Shown: positions 40,653 to 53,760 of the stretch, piece after piece | Layout: each line of letters begins with the position of its first letter | Position numbering within the stretch: the stretch's first letter is position 1 | NCBI GenBank assembly: GCA_964234715.1 | Contig: OZ174291.1 | DNA: 64,000 nucleotides | DNA from: Podarcis melisellensis | Lineage: Eukaryota | Reading direction: 5' to 3' (one strand) | Notes under the pieces: model-generated | What the model saw: only the letters and a program-made list of their open reading frames with translations | Databases searched by the model: none | Told to the model about the DNA's origin: nothing | Translations under genes and position numbers: made by a program

Positions 40653-41014
40653 AGGTAAGGTAAAGGTACCCCTGCCCGTACGGGCCAGTCTTGACAGACT
40701 CTAGGGTTGTGCGCCCATCTCACTTAAGAGGCCGAGGGCCAGCGCTGTCCGGAGACACTTCCAGGTCACGTGGCCAGCGTGACAAAGCTGCATCTGGTGA
40801 GCCAGCGCAGCACACGGAAACGCCGTTTACCTTCCCGCCAGTAAGCGGTCCCTATTTATCTACTTGCACCCGGGGGTGCTTTCGAACTGCTAGGTTGGCA
40901 GGCGCTGGGACCGAACGACGGGAGCGCACCCCGCCGTGGGGATTCGAACCGCCGACCTTTTGATCAGCAAGCCCTAGGTGCTGAGGCTTTTACCCACAGC
41001 GCTACCCGCGTCCC
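40653..41014 (-). mobile_element. Sauria SINE, full length, second subfamily
   Basis: Starts GGGACGCGGGTAGCGCTGTGG, B-box GGTTCGAATCC, ACCTTT tail; TSD CCCTTTATC(C/T)TTA at 40640-40652 and 41015-41027. Confidence 0.92.
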
Positions 41015-41538
41015 CCCTTTATCTTTACATGGTCTCAATAAAAATATTGGGTGGGGGCCGTTCATGCCAGCTATTTGTAATGGGAGGAGAGCTTCCATCA
41101 GTACAAATGGGAGAGTTTCTTACAATACAAATAGCAAGAGGGGACCCTGCTTCCACGTAATTCAGATCAGGACCACAGTGGTGTTGAGGGGAAGGGTGAT
41201 GGAGCCCTTACTTCCCCAAACGTCATAGTTCAGATTACCCCCACCACCTCCATGACTGCTATTTACTGTTTTTAAAGCCAAGTGTGTGAATGAAATCATG
41301 CCTATTTTGTCCCTCAATGTTCAACTGAAGGCTGCAGCCCTTGCTCTCCTGTAAAAACCCATTGGGGCCCCCCAAAGTGCTTCAGCCCCTAGGAGTCAGC
41401 ACCTATGTTAGCAGTCACCTGTTCTCTTCATGGAGCTACAGTTCTCAGAGCGGTTTAATTATCAATCCTTCTTCCCAGGGAACTCTGTTACTGAAGCTCT
41501 GTGCAGGGCATAAGGGTTTCTTAACACCTCTCAGCACC

Positions 41539-41539
<1 letters not shown>

Positions 41540-41591
<52 letters not shown>

Positions 41592-41807
41592 TTATACCCC
41601 GCCCTCCCCAGCCAAGGCCGGGCTCAGGGCAGCTAACAACCAACAATAAAAATGAGTTGAATGAATACAACTTAAAAACAAGATTAAAATACAACATTAA
41701 AACAATTAAAATGCAGCCTCATCACAGGAGGAGAAAGGAAAAAGAAAGAGGGGGAGGGAATCAAACTGACTCCAAGCCAAAGGCCAGGCGGAACAACTCT
41801 GTCTTAA
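41540..41807 (-). mobile_element. LINE (L2-like) 3' end with (TTA)n tail
   Basis: (AAT)n at 41540-41591 followed by TTTATACCCCGCCC...CTCAGGGCAGCTAAC; interrupts an older repeat. Confidence 0.7.
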
Positions 41808-41936
41808 CAGACTGCCATTAACAGACTGCAGTTCCCAGGATCCATTGGGGGAAGCTGTGCCTGTTGAAAGTGGTATGATACTGCTTTAAATGCATAGTGC
41901 CGATGAAGAACTGTAGTTCCTCGAGGCCAATACTAA

Positions 41937-42529
41937 GGGCTCATCCAGACTTCTTTTTATGCTGCGTTTCTAGGCATAGGTCCAGGCTTTAAAGCTCTGT
42001 GTGCAAGCAGGGTTTTTTGGCCTGGCACTTTCCCTGGGGAAATCTGCATTTTACTACTGAATTACAGCAAACGGCAATCACGTTTTCAGCAGTAACACAG
42101 AGGTTTCTCCAAGGAAAGCGTTGGGACAAGAAAACACCTGTTTGGACATAGAGCTTAAAGTCCAGACCCAGGCATGGATACCAGGGCCGTCTTTACCTGG
42201 GGGTGCAAGGAGTGCAGGGCACCTGGGCGCCGAATTCTCTTAACTATCTACCTGTAATGAAATATAAATAATTTTGATCAAGCTAGAGAAACAAAATACA
42301 TATATACCTAGGTATTACCGAAATGTATACGTACTGTTTCACTAAATAACTTTTGACTTTGTGCGCTCATTTACCAAAGACACATGGCACCAGCGGCAGC
42401 ACTTGTCATTCACAATGGTGACGCTTGTGAGGCTTGGGGGTGCTGGATGGATCTTTGCACCCTGATGGTGCATATGCTAAAGACTCCCCGGATGGATAGT
42501 GTGGTGGAAAAGGAAGTCTGGATGAGCCC
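41937..42529. mobile_element. PIF/Harbinger-type MITE
   Basis: 17-bp perfect TIR GGGCTCATCCAGACTTC, TAA on both sides, internal palindrome. Confidence 0.85.
42182..42491. mobile_element. hAT non-autonomous element nested in the Harbinger MITE
   Basis: TIR CAGGGCCGTCTTTA / TAAAGACTCCCCGG; 8-bp TSD ATGGATA(C/G). Confidence 0.75.
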
Positions 42530-44569
42530 TAAGAAGGACTGGTTGTAAGTAAGAAAGCAGGCAGATGGTGGACGAGCTCTGTGTCTGCCACATTGAGTCA
42601 GCATGGTAAGATGAATGAAGGAATACTGAATGTGGACAAGGGATATCAGGGTGCCAATTCCTCCTCAGTTATTTATAAGTGATGGGAACGGTAGTCTGAA
42701 ATATCAGGAGGTCATCAGATTGGGGAAGTCTGCACTATAGCAGGTACATGTTGTGGTCTGCTATTCATAGGAATAAAGAGCAGCAAAAAATACTGTTATG
42801 TCCAAGTTTTTGTCATTCTTTAGATCCTAGCCTTTGGCCTGCATATTGTTGTCAACAAGTTTCAGAAACAACCCAGTTCAAAACAATACCATTAAAAAAT
42901 TGCATATAGTCCTACAACATTTCTGCATTATTGTACCTATAAAGCACATTTTACTTTACTGTAGTTATATAAAAAAGAAAGGAAAAATGTAATGCCAAGA
43001 CTCAGGTTTCAGCTATCAAAAACTGGCTCTGACTTTACAACCTTCCCCATATTTGTAATTTTTTGCATAATTTACTCAACCTCAGATATGATAAGCTTCG
43101 TCAATGGCAAGTGTTGTTAATAAAACCTGATTGTAAGTTTCCTAAAGACTGCCCTGTATTAGGCAACTTACAGCTTAGATAAACAAATAACAACAGCAGT
43201 CCTGGGCATAGGATGTCTGCCAAAGGAAATTAAACATAAGTCATCCATGGTTTCTTTAAAAATAAATCATTTAGAAGATGCAAAAAAGAGAGCATTAAGT
43301 CTACAGCATTCTAAACAGCTTTCCAAGCCCCTTGAAGTACAAGGCAAACAAATTCTACCCACTGCAGTCTCCTTCCGGAGAGGAGAGAGGCTGGCATGTT
43401 AATAAGTAGATACTGGATAATGGTGAATTACAAACGAGAATAATACAGTCTGTCTCCTCTAGTGTATTAGCACGTTTACTCCCTCTAATAGCAAGCTCAA
43501 GTGATGAGTGCCAATGGGGCTGGGGCTAAAATGGGGTCACAGAGAAATCAGAGGAAAGTGTCGGCATGTGAGTGAGGGAAACACTGAGATTGGCAGGCGT
43601 ACAACAAACATATTTTAAAACTCCAGAAACCTAAGGAGCAACCCCCTCCTGAAAACAAGCCAAAGAAAACTGAGCATGCTCACTATCCAGGGAATGTTGA
43701 GTGTCAGCAGAACATTGAGGAAGAGCCATAGTTCAGTAGCAGAGCATCTTACATTCAGAAGGTCCTAGGTCTGATCCCATCAGTCCCAGCCAATATGACC
43801 AGTGGACAGAGAGGATGGGAATTGCAGCCCAACAACATCTGGAAGGTCACGGTTCCCTATCCCTGCTTTATGGAGTGTGATAAAGAGAGAGGAAAGGCAG
43901 CTCCCAGGAGTTTACTGCCTACACTCCCCAAAGTGGGAGACTAGGAGTAGATGAGATAGCAGGATTTGGAGAATGCAGGAACGTCAGGGCTAAGAAGTCA
44001 CTGGAGACAAGTAGTAGACACAAATGGGACAAGGAGGCAGAAGTACTTATCAGAGGAAACATAAAAGTAAGGTAGCATTGTATAGTGGTTTGAATTTGGA
44101 ACTAGGACCTGAAAAGCCGTGGTTGAAAGTCCTACTTGACCATGAAACTCAGTGCATGACCCTTAGGGCGGTCACTGCTTCTTAACCTAACATACCTTGC
44201 AAGGTTGTTTTGAGGATTAAAAGGGGGAGAGGGAGAACCATGTGTGCCGCTATCTATAATATACGTATACATTTCAAGACAGACCTGAGCCTTACATTGA
44301 GGCAGAGTGAGGCAGCTGTCTTAGGCAACAGCTGCTGATGTGCAAGGAGTGGCTACAGCAGTGCCCCTGTACTCACTACACCAGCCTGCTGCCAATAGCA
44401 GTAGAAGATACTGTTTGTTCACCAGGATTAGAGTAAGATACAGCTGTCAATCCAATTGGCTTCTTATGTGCCCTGGGGAGGGTGCCATCAGGCAGCTAAA
44501 TGTCTTGAGCAGGCTCTGGCCCTGACGCTGGCAAGGGTTATTCGTACAATAACAACACACCAATACGTA

Positions 44570-44762
44570 GTAGTTAGTGTTGGACTATGACCTGGGAGAC
44601 CAGGGTTCAAATCCCCACTCAGCCATGTTGAAGCTCACTGGATGACCTTGGACTGGTCCCTACCTCACAGGGGTTGTTGTGCCGATAAAATTGGGAAGGT
44701 GGGAGGAAAATCCTGTATGTCATCTTGAGTTCCTTGTAGGAAAGGTGGGATATAAATGTAAA
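44570..44762 (+). mobile_element. MIR/CORE-like SINE (related copies at ~44075-44250, 45930-46085, and 48885-49110 minus)
   Basis: GGTTCAAATCCC B-box, TGACCTTGGG core, CCTCACAGGG..GTTGTG. Confidence 0.7.
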
Positions 44763-47234
44763 AACGAAAAACTATAAAAGCCCAGAAAAATAAGCAAGTC
44801 CTATATGGTCTTATTTGCCCTTGATTCCTTCAAAAGGGGACATATGAGAGAGAGAGAGCGAGAGAGAGAGAGAGAATATTCAATTTTTCAAGCCACATTT
44901 CTGGTTCTGAGGCTCTCCAAAAAGCCCTCTGTCCATCACAAGCCTAGATGGTGTATTGGGCCTGCAATCACCCTGCCTGTCATGGAAACATTGTATTTTC
45001 TGTAACCCTCCTTTTTTATCTGGTTTGTCATGTTAAGTGACAAAACAAGAGATCATGGTGGGATTAGTGTGCAATTAGAGTTAACTAGCAAACACATATT
45101 CAGTCTCAAGTGCACACTGTCTGGGGTAATTTCCTCAAACAGTGGGAGAGATACCCAAGAGGTGCAGAATATTTCCCTATGTAAAGATTCTTGATTGTGA
45201 CGTGCTTAGTGCCTTTTATCTTGTTCTCTGAGAATCAGGTCAGTTCCCTATCCTTTTATATGACAAGGTGTCATTCCTTTTTTATGTTTTATTTCTGATG
45301 CGTTGCATTGGAACATGAACCCAGTGGTGACACACCTTTGCCATTATTATTCTTAAAGCTTCTCTTCATAACTTCTGGGGCATGGATGAATGCTTTTGTG
45401 CTCAAATTTTGCTTGTGGGTTTCACACAGGCATCTGGTTGGCTACTGTGAGAACTGGATTCTAGATTAGTTGGGCTACTGGCCTGATCCAACAGGTTCTT
45501 CTTACCTCTCTCAGCCAGCACCCATTCTCTTTCTAATACCCCTTCTCTCTCTCTCTCTTTCTGCCACCCCCTATCCCCTCACTCTTCCTTCTCCTCGACA
45601 CCCCCATTAAATTAGTCCATGGGCCACATGTGGCCCATAGGCTGCAAACTGCCTGATCCTGCCATAAAGAAATATTGAGAATTGTCGACTGCTGAAGGCC
45701 CTGAGCATTCTCAGGGCCTTCACTCCACAGAATGAGAGTTCCCCTGGTCCTTTTCCTGTTGTGAGAGAATAACTTTCAAAACAGTTTTAGGTTGCAATCA
45801 TAAACAAACTGACTGGGGTGCAAACTACACTGAACACAGCAGGGGGTTACTTCTGAGTAAACCTGCATAGAATTCAACTCTGACAATTTAAGTTTGGGAG
45901 CTCAAGGCAGTGTACACTCCCTCTCAATTATAGTGTTGGACTAGGACCTGGGACACCAGGGTTCAAATCCCCACATGGCCACAATGAAACTCACTGGGTG
46001 ACCTTGGACCAGCCACTGTCTCTCAGCCTAATCAACCTCACAGGGTTATTCTGAGGATAAAATGGGGAGAGGAAAAACCATGTATCCATGACATCACGGG
46101 CAAATGTATCAAAAATTTGGAGAACCTTTATTTTAGATACTGCAATTTGTATTATTGGTGCTCCAAGGTCTAGCAGATAGTCCTACTTGAGAAATTTCCC
46201 ACAAATTATAGTGGCTTTAGTTTTAAAAAAGTCAGGTTTCCGCCCCGCCCCCCACAACATGGTTTGATTTAATCTCATTTACAAACTAAGAGGCACAAGG
46301 TCAGATGGTTCCTACAGCTTATGCTAAAATTCAGTATAAACCATAGTCAGCAAGGTTTCCTGCTCTTCAATATTACTCTTCTTTTGTATTAAGACACACA
46401 TATTGAAAAAACACAGGAAACAGTGTTAACATTTGAACCACCATTTGGTTAGCAGACCGGTAAACTGTTTATATATATACATCCTTACTGCCAAACATAT
46501 AGAAGTATCTGCTTATTTACATAGGATTCCATTGCAACTGTACCATTTCAATAATGTTGTTATATGCAACTTGTTTTCTCTTCTGGTAAGTTCTTTCTTT
46601 CAACAATTCAAAGATATAATTAAAAAAATATTAGAAATAAAAGGGGGGAAACAATGTGTGCCACCTTGAGCTCCTTGGAGTTGGATATCACCCAATTCCA
46701 GGTAGCACTGTACAAAATATTAAAGCACAATAAAACACCAACCATTAAAAAAATAAATCCCTGTACAGGGCTGCCTTCAGGTTCCTTCTAAAAGTCATAA
46801 AGTTATTTATCTGTTTGACATCTGGTGGGAGAGCGTTCCACAAGGCAGTCGGGTGCTGCCACCGAGAAGGCCCTCTGGCTGATTCCCTGGTTCCCAGCAT
46901 GGAAGAGCTGCCAATATTCCTGGTGGCAGAGTATTGTTTCCGGGGGCGGGGAGAAATTATGCCAATTCCAAAACTTTAATGGAGTTTTAGTCGGAGCCCC
47001 AGATTTCAACACCATGGAGCATCTGAGTAACCAATTTTCTGCCAAAAATTAATATAAAACATTTACAGTGTGGGCATACTGAAAACTGTTGAATTGAACT
47101 TAATTAACTCTGGTTTCAAAGGGTCTACACTTAATCCCGATCCAACCCTTTATCACCCGCAAAAACTGGAAACAGAACCAAAGCTTCTCTCCTGCAGAGG
47201 AGCGTAATATGACGATAACAACTGCTACGTTTAT

Positions 47235-47635
47235 TATCTCGGCGGACCTTCCTCCGAACCGGAAGCGCTTCTTCGACCCCGGAAGGACTAGGCCGGCAGG
47301 GAAAACCGGGTGGGAGACTATTATTTGAGCCTTGTCGAAAAGAAACGAAAGCGGCCGGGAAAGCTGGAGGGCGTCCGGGCCTCGGGTCAGTGGCTGACTG
47401 CGGGGCGCTGTGAGGGAAGGAGGGGAATGAACCGAAGGGGGCGGGGCAGGCGCGCGAAGCAGAGGAATGGCCGTTATGACGTTACACGGGCGGCGTGGCA
47501 GCTGGTGGTGGTGGTGGGGGGGTTGGTGGCCAGTGACGTCGTGGCTCGCGGGGTTCGTTAGTGGGTGGCTGGGCAGCGTGGAGCCCTGAGTTCGAATCCC
47601 CCCTGGAGCTATGATGTCGTCACCGGATGCCCGTA
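47235..47635 (+). promoter_or_regulatory. ASCC2: CpG-island promoter / non-coding exon 1 of ASCC2
   Basis: CpG-rich; tandem ETS motifs CCGGAAG at 47259 and 47279; CRE-like TGACGTC at 47534; candidate donor CGG|GTCAGT at 47385/47386. Confidence 0.75.
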
Positions 47636-47814
47636 TATTTAAAGTTCACCATTTACATTATTTAAAAGTTATGTTTTATTAAACGCTTACCTGCCTTCCT
47701 CCAAGGAGCTCAAGGTAGCGTGCCCGGCTCCCTCCCTCCTCCCCATCCTCTCAACAACCTTGTGAGGGAGGTTAGGCGGGGGGCTGGAGTGGGTTCGAAA
47801 ACCCCTTTCAGCAT

Positions 47815-48189
47815 AATAATAATAAATAATAAAAAATAATGATAAATTAATTCCTTATAGCCAGTCCATCTGGCTGGGTTTCCCCAGCCACTCTGGGCAG
47901 CTCCCAACAGAATATTAATAATAATAAAAATAATAAAAATGCAACGAAGCATCAAATGTTAAAACATCCCTAAACAGCGCTGCCTTCAGATGTCTTCTAA
48001 AAGTCAGATAGTTGTTTATTTCCTTATATCTGATGGGAGGGTATTCCACAGGACAGGCGTCACTACCGAGAAGGCCCTCTGCCTGGTTCCCTGCAACATC
48101 AGTTCTCACAGTGCGGAAACTGCCAGAAGGCCCTCGGAGCTGGACCTCCATGTCCAGGCTGAATGATGGGGGTTGAAACGCTCCTTCAA
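47815..48189 (-). mobile_element. L2-clade LINE 3' fragment, same family as 389-953 (further piece at ~46700-46890)
   Basis: Reverse complement matches the GGAACCAGGCAGAGGGCCTTCTCGGTAGTG...CTGAAGGCAGC region and the 3'UTR of the first copy. Confidence 0.85.
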
Positions 48190-48407
48190 CAGTGATGTTG
48201 GTGCTGGGTGACTTTGCTTATTTACATTATTTTTAAAAAAATTAGTTGTGTTTTATTAAGGCAATGCTCAAGGTGATGTACCTGGTTCTCCCCCAATCCA
48301 ACCTCTCAGCAACCCTGTGAGGTAGGTGCGGTTGAGAGGAAGTGGCCAGATTTCCCCCTTCAGCAATTGGGTGACTTCATTTTACACACACACACACATT
48401 TACAGTA

Positions 48408-48636
48408 CAGTGGTACCTCAGGTTACATACGCTTCAGGTTACAGACTCCTCTAACCCAGAAATAGTGCTTCAAGTTAAGAACTTTGCTTCAGGATGAGAA
48501 CAGAAATCGTGCTCCGGCGGCGCAGCAGCAGCAGCAGGAGGCCCCATTAACTAAAGTGGTGCTTCAGGTTAAGGACAGTTTCAGGTTCAGAACGGACCTC
48601 CGGAATGAATTAAGTACTTAACCCGAGGTACCACTG
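48408..48636. mobile_element. Tc1/mariner (Tigger/pogo-type) MITE
   Basis: TIRs CAGTGGTACCTCAGGTTA / TAACCCGAGGTACCACTG, TA TSD. Confidence 0.9.
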
Positions 48637-49355
48637 TATTAATATTAATATTTATTTACATTTCTTATTCTGTTTTGCATCCCAACCTTCCTTGAAGAAG
48701 CTCAAAGCAGTGCCCTTGCCTCCCTTCCTCCCTCCACCCCCCCCCATCCTCTCAAAACACCTTGTAAGTTAGGCTGGGCGGCAGTGATGGCTCAATTCCC
48801 ACCTTCAGCATTGACTTTGTTACTGGGTGACATAATGTTTTTTTTTAATGATTATTTTTATATTATTTTAAAAGTATCATTATATTTTATATCCCTGCTT
48901 TCCTCCAAAGATCTCAGGGTGGCATACTTGGATTTCTCTCCCCTCCCCCCACACTCCACTCCATTCCCCATTTTAACCTCAGCAACGCTATGAGGTAGGT
49001 TATGCTGAGAGGTAGGGACTGGCCCAAGGTCACCCAGTCAACTTCCAGGCCAAGTGGGGATTTAAACCCTGGCCTCCCAGGTCCTAGTCCAATACCCTAA
49101 CCACCTCACCGCAACCAGCTCCTTCCCAGCTTAACCTCCCACACAAGGTTGTTGTGATATAAAACTGGAAGGAGTACACTGCCTTGAGCTCCTTGAAGGG
49201 GGGATATATCTGTAAGAAATAAATAAATAAATAAATTATTGAAGGGCGGGTAAGGGTACAGTGGTTATCTGCTCAGAGATTTCATCTTCCCTCCTTGCAG
49301 GGAAGCAATAAAAAAGAGAGTCATACTGTTTTGGTTCTTACTCTTTTCTCTCCTC

Positions 49356-49430
49356 TGCTGCATCACAGTGTTGACTCATGTTATGTTTGTTGTCTACTAA
49401 GACCCTAGATCCTTTTTGCATGTACTACTC
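49356..49430 (-). mobile_element. CR1 LINE RT fragment
   Basis: Decayed KDL/GVLVDNKHNMSQHCDAA, typical of CR1 ORF2. Confidence 0.65.
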
Positions 49431-50335
49431 ATCTCCTCCTGTTGTGTTTTGAAATGACATCAAATCTGCATAGAGTGGAGAGATCAAGTGTGATATATAG
49501 ACCTGATAATATACCTGTTCCACCTCTGATTAACAGCTCAAGCATCTTAGAAATATACCATAAGCTCTTATAGTTATCTCCCAACTGCATTCCAGAGAAC
49601 CCCAATAAAGCTAGTAATAGGAAACAAGCTTGGCTAGATGATGCTATAGGAATGCTGCCGTATACTGAGCCAGACCATTGATCCATCCATTTCAGTACTG
49701 CCTCCACTGGCTGGCACTGGCTCCATGATTTCAGACAGGTCTCTCCTAGCTCTGCATGGAGATGCTGGGGACCAGACTTGGGACCTTCTGCATGCAAGGC
49801 ACAAGCTCTAACCATTTAGCTAGACCACAGAGTATCAGCCTGAGGCAGTGGCTGCTCAGGAGTCCACAAGAAAGCTAGTCAGAAACGTACCCCACTGTAC
49901 AGAATAGACTCCAGATCCTGCTGGATTACGACTCCCTTCATTTCTGACAGTTTACTATGCTGGCTGAGATTGACAGGTGTTGGAGTCCAACAACACCTGT
50001 CTCCATCTCTGATTCTGTTGCCTTTAGGATATTTGTATTGCTTTGTACACCTTAAGATTCCCTCACTCCCTGGTGCCTATTCATGAAGCGGTGACCAATA
50101 TCTCTAAATTATGCTTAGCTCTCTGGGCCTCGTGCAGGAAGCCCAAAAATACTTTTCCTCCTGAGTTGCACATCAGCTCCTCTGTTTGTGTAAAAAACAT
50201 AGCTGATGTCTCTAGGTGTGGCTGCTGTACTAGGAGCAACCTGTCTTGCTTGTTGCTGGTTGTGCATTCTTGAAACAGTTCCTGATGCAACCTGTCTATG
50301 TGCTTATGTTTTAAAGGCAGAGATAACACAGCAGC

Positions 50336-50416
50336 ATGCCAGCACTGCCACTGGATGAGCTCCAGTTGACAGAGAAAGATTCACTGACTGGGAAGATGAA
50401 AACTTTACCCGCCCTG
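50336..50416 (+). CDS. ASCC2: activating signal cointegrator 1 complex subunit 2, first coding exon MPALPLDELQLTEKDSLTGKMKTLPAL
   Basis: ATG at 50336, donor CTG|GTAAGC; matches the ASCC2 N-terminus MPALPLD. Confidence 0.94.
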
Positions 50417-52145
50417 GTAAGCGGGGTGCTTTTATTTTTATTTTTTTGCAGTTCAGAAGCCTGACCCATTCTCTTCTTATTTTTGTTAATGCATAGAATA
50501 AAATTAGCTGAGGCGTGAAAATGCAGTATATGACTCCTTTGACTTGGGGTGGGAACCTCCTGAGCATGTTTGACTCCAGCTTCCATAATCCCCCATTCAC
50601 TATGACCAATAGTCAGGGATGGTAGAAGCTGCACTCCAGCAACATCTAGAGGGCCACATGTTTCCCTCTCTGGGTCTACACTGGCTGGTTGCAGGTTTCT
50701 ATGCTATTGGTCCTATGCTCTTGAAGGTTTCAGACAGGGCACTTTCTTAGCATTACCTGGAAACTCTGGGGATCAAACCTGGAGCTTTCGGCATGCAAAA
50801 CAGTTGCTCTACCACTGAGCTGTTTTATACTGTTCTAAAATTGGTCCAAAAGCAAATCAAGTACAATAACAAAATAGAGAATTCCCTTCCTCTTTTTGCC
50901 TGGTATTCCTGGTTATAACTGGAAACCTAGTGATCTGGCATCTGTCCACTGAACTGTAGGTTTCCTGCACTAAAAACAGAAACTGCCCTAAAAATAGCAC
51001 AAATTAGCAAGCTGTGTAAATTATGCAAATATTTGTTTTGTCTAATGCATTCTGTCATTGTTTCTATTTTGCATAATTTATCCTGCTTCTCTTCATTATG
51101 GGGAAAACCAGTTGCTGTTTAGGGCACCACAGCCCCACCCCTACCCACCAGAAATCTCATTTGGCCTCCTCTCTGGCTTCTGATTTTTTCCTCCCTCTGC
51201 TACACCAGGAAGGTTTTCTCAAACTTGTCCCAGCGAGCTCTCTAGCTGCAAAACCAGTTTCATCAAAAACCACGGTCGGACACTAAAAATACAAAATGGA
51301 AAAACTAAAGCAAAACCTAAACCACATGGAGCAAAATAAATGGATATGTGCTTTTCCTGTGAGTAGCACTGAATCCACAATTCCCCCTTCCAGCTCCCTT
51401 GAAAAGCTGTCACCTGTGCACAGTCACAGTAGATACTACTCCATTAGGGCAAATAGGGCACTCTAACATGTCTGCCTCCACCTGCCTGCTTTCTCACTTA
51501 CTGCCTGTCAGCTTCTTCCTCCTTAGTCTCAGTGTTGCTCTCATGGAGCTCAGTAGGGAGCAGGAGGATGGAGACAAAACTAGAATTGGTTGGCTCTGCC
51601 TCTCATTGGTTTGGCTCCATCTACTGATTGACCCCATGCCTTCTGCCCTACCAGTCCCAATGGACACTGGTCACCCCTGGAATACGGGTTTTCCATTTTC
51701 ATACTATGTTGTGGCTGTTAGTGCAGGATCCTGGCATATTCTCAACACATCCAAAGGGTCTCTCCGTCCAGCTTCTGCTATTTTAGTTTTGAAAACACGT
51801 GAGCACGAGGAAGGTGCCAGCTCTTATCTTAACAGGAGCCAGGCAGAGTCTGTTGTGACTTCTGCAGGATTCTAAAAGTGTCGTTTGCAAGACAAGGAGT
51901 TCTTCCCAAACCGCCACCCAGCAGGCCCCTTGTGATGAAAGAGAAACAGGAGCAGTCAGCAAGCCAAAGGCAGCAACAAATGAGGGGCTGGATTCCTGCT
52001 AAACCACAGGCCAAGTTTCTGACAAATAGGAGAATTATCCCTGGTGTGCCCAGGTTTCTGAGATAGCTCAGAAAGCCAACACCGAGGACTTCTGTTTAGT
52101 CTTTGACCTGTTGACATCCCGTGGCATTCCTCCCCCTCTCTGCAG

Positions 52146-52307
52146 CATCCTGAAAAGAAAACAGAGCGGTCTTTTGTGATGTATAAGCCCCCACCGAAAG
52201 CCAGAGGCGACCGTGCCCTGCTGGAGGAGTTCTGGGAGAGAGCCAAGTTTGTTGCAGATGACCTGGAGTGGCTTTTGACTCTGCCTCATGACAAATTCTG
52301 GTGCCAG
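52146..52307 (+). CDS. ASCC2: ASCC2 coding exon HPEKKTERSFVMYKPPP...LPHDKFWCQ
   Basis: 162 nt, CAG/GTA; conserved LPHDKFWCQ. Confidence 0.95.
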
Positions 52308-53589
52308 GTATAATTTCTTTTGTAAAGGAAGAAAGAAGCATGTGTAGATGTGTTGGTGGTGACATACTTTCATCGTCATAAGTCCTCCTTCTATACTGGG
52401 TTGGCGAACCTTTTTTTCATGCTGGAGGCTGCATTTCCCTCCTGGGCGACCTTCTGGGGGCCATGTGCTAGGGATGGGTGGGGCCAGAGGCAAAAGCGGG
52501 TGAGACAAAAGGTATGAATCGTTCCTTTCTGCAGCAGGCTAAGTTCCAGCCACGAAGAAGTCAGGCGTTTCTACACCCCCAGTCGTACACACATCTCTCG
52601 ATCCGGGCAAATGAGAGACATTAACTGTGTTCAAGGACACATATCAGTCAAGTGAAAGCAGTCAAGGAGGGGGCAGGGAAGGGTTGTGTACTAGAGAGAG
52701 TCCTAGGGGTTGTATTTCATCCCTAGCCCTCAGGTTCTCCACCCGTTCTCACAACTCTTTAAGCCCTACCCTTTCTTCTTTCATCTGAGCACTCTAGCAC
52801 CGGCTGTAGAAGCATCAGTAAGGACCTCTAGGGGAGGGGTGAGGAGCCTTTGGTCATCCAGGTCCTGTTGGACTCCAACTCCCATCAACCCCAGCATTTC
52901 AGGCAGGCAGGGATGATGGGAGTTTGTGGTTCCAACAGCAATTGAGGAGTGGGCTTCCCCATTTCTGCTGCTTGAAGTAAGGGGAAAAAATGTAACAAAT
53001 GCAGTTTTGATAGTTGAGGCTGAGAGTTATGGACACACCTTTTGTGGGTTTTTTTAGGAGGACCTTGAGTCTCTAGTGTTACTGAACACAGTAAAAAGAT
53101 AGTATTCAGGATCATATTTTATTCAAGATGTGACATTTTATTTACCAGATTCTTTTATTTATTAAATTGTAAGTTATCTTAATGCTTCCTTCAATACCTC
53201 AAAAGGCATAGCTTGAGATTTTGATACATGAATCAATAGGCTTAACCAGCCAGTTAAAAGGCAATTAAAATGGTCAGTGGTCCTATTTATTTATTTATTT
53301 GACTCTGTAAATGAGTATAATACGGATTATAAAATCCATAAAGGGGGTGAGGCCAAGCCTCTGCATTACACTCAAGATAAATGTGTGATGTTTTGAAACT
53401 TTGAAAATGTCCCCCCCCCCCAAGTGTCCTGGAATCTTTGCTTCTTTGGCGCAGCCTTCATCTTAAAATGTTTTGCTCACTTGTTGATTCAACGTGCAAT
53501 AGACTGACATAAGTTCCTCCGGTGATCTGCTGTCCTGCTAGGCAGCCAGATTTCTTTTTCCCATGAGACCTTTTGTTTCCTTGTGGCAG

Positions 53590-53760
53590 GTGATATTTGA
53601 TGAGACGCTCCAGAAATGCCTGGATTCGTACCTGCGCCACGCCCCTCGCAAGTTTGACACAGTGGCGGACTTGCCTCCAGAGGTGAATGACCTCCAGAGA
53701 CGCCTCCATCGGAACGTTTTCCTAACCTTCCTCCGCATGTCCACTCACAAGGAGTCCAAA
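53590..53760 (+). CDS. ASCC2: ASCC2 coding exon VIFDETLQKCLDSYL...FLRMSTHKESK
   Basis: 171 nt, CAG/GTAAAT. Confidence 0.96.
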
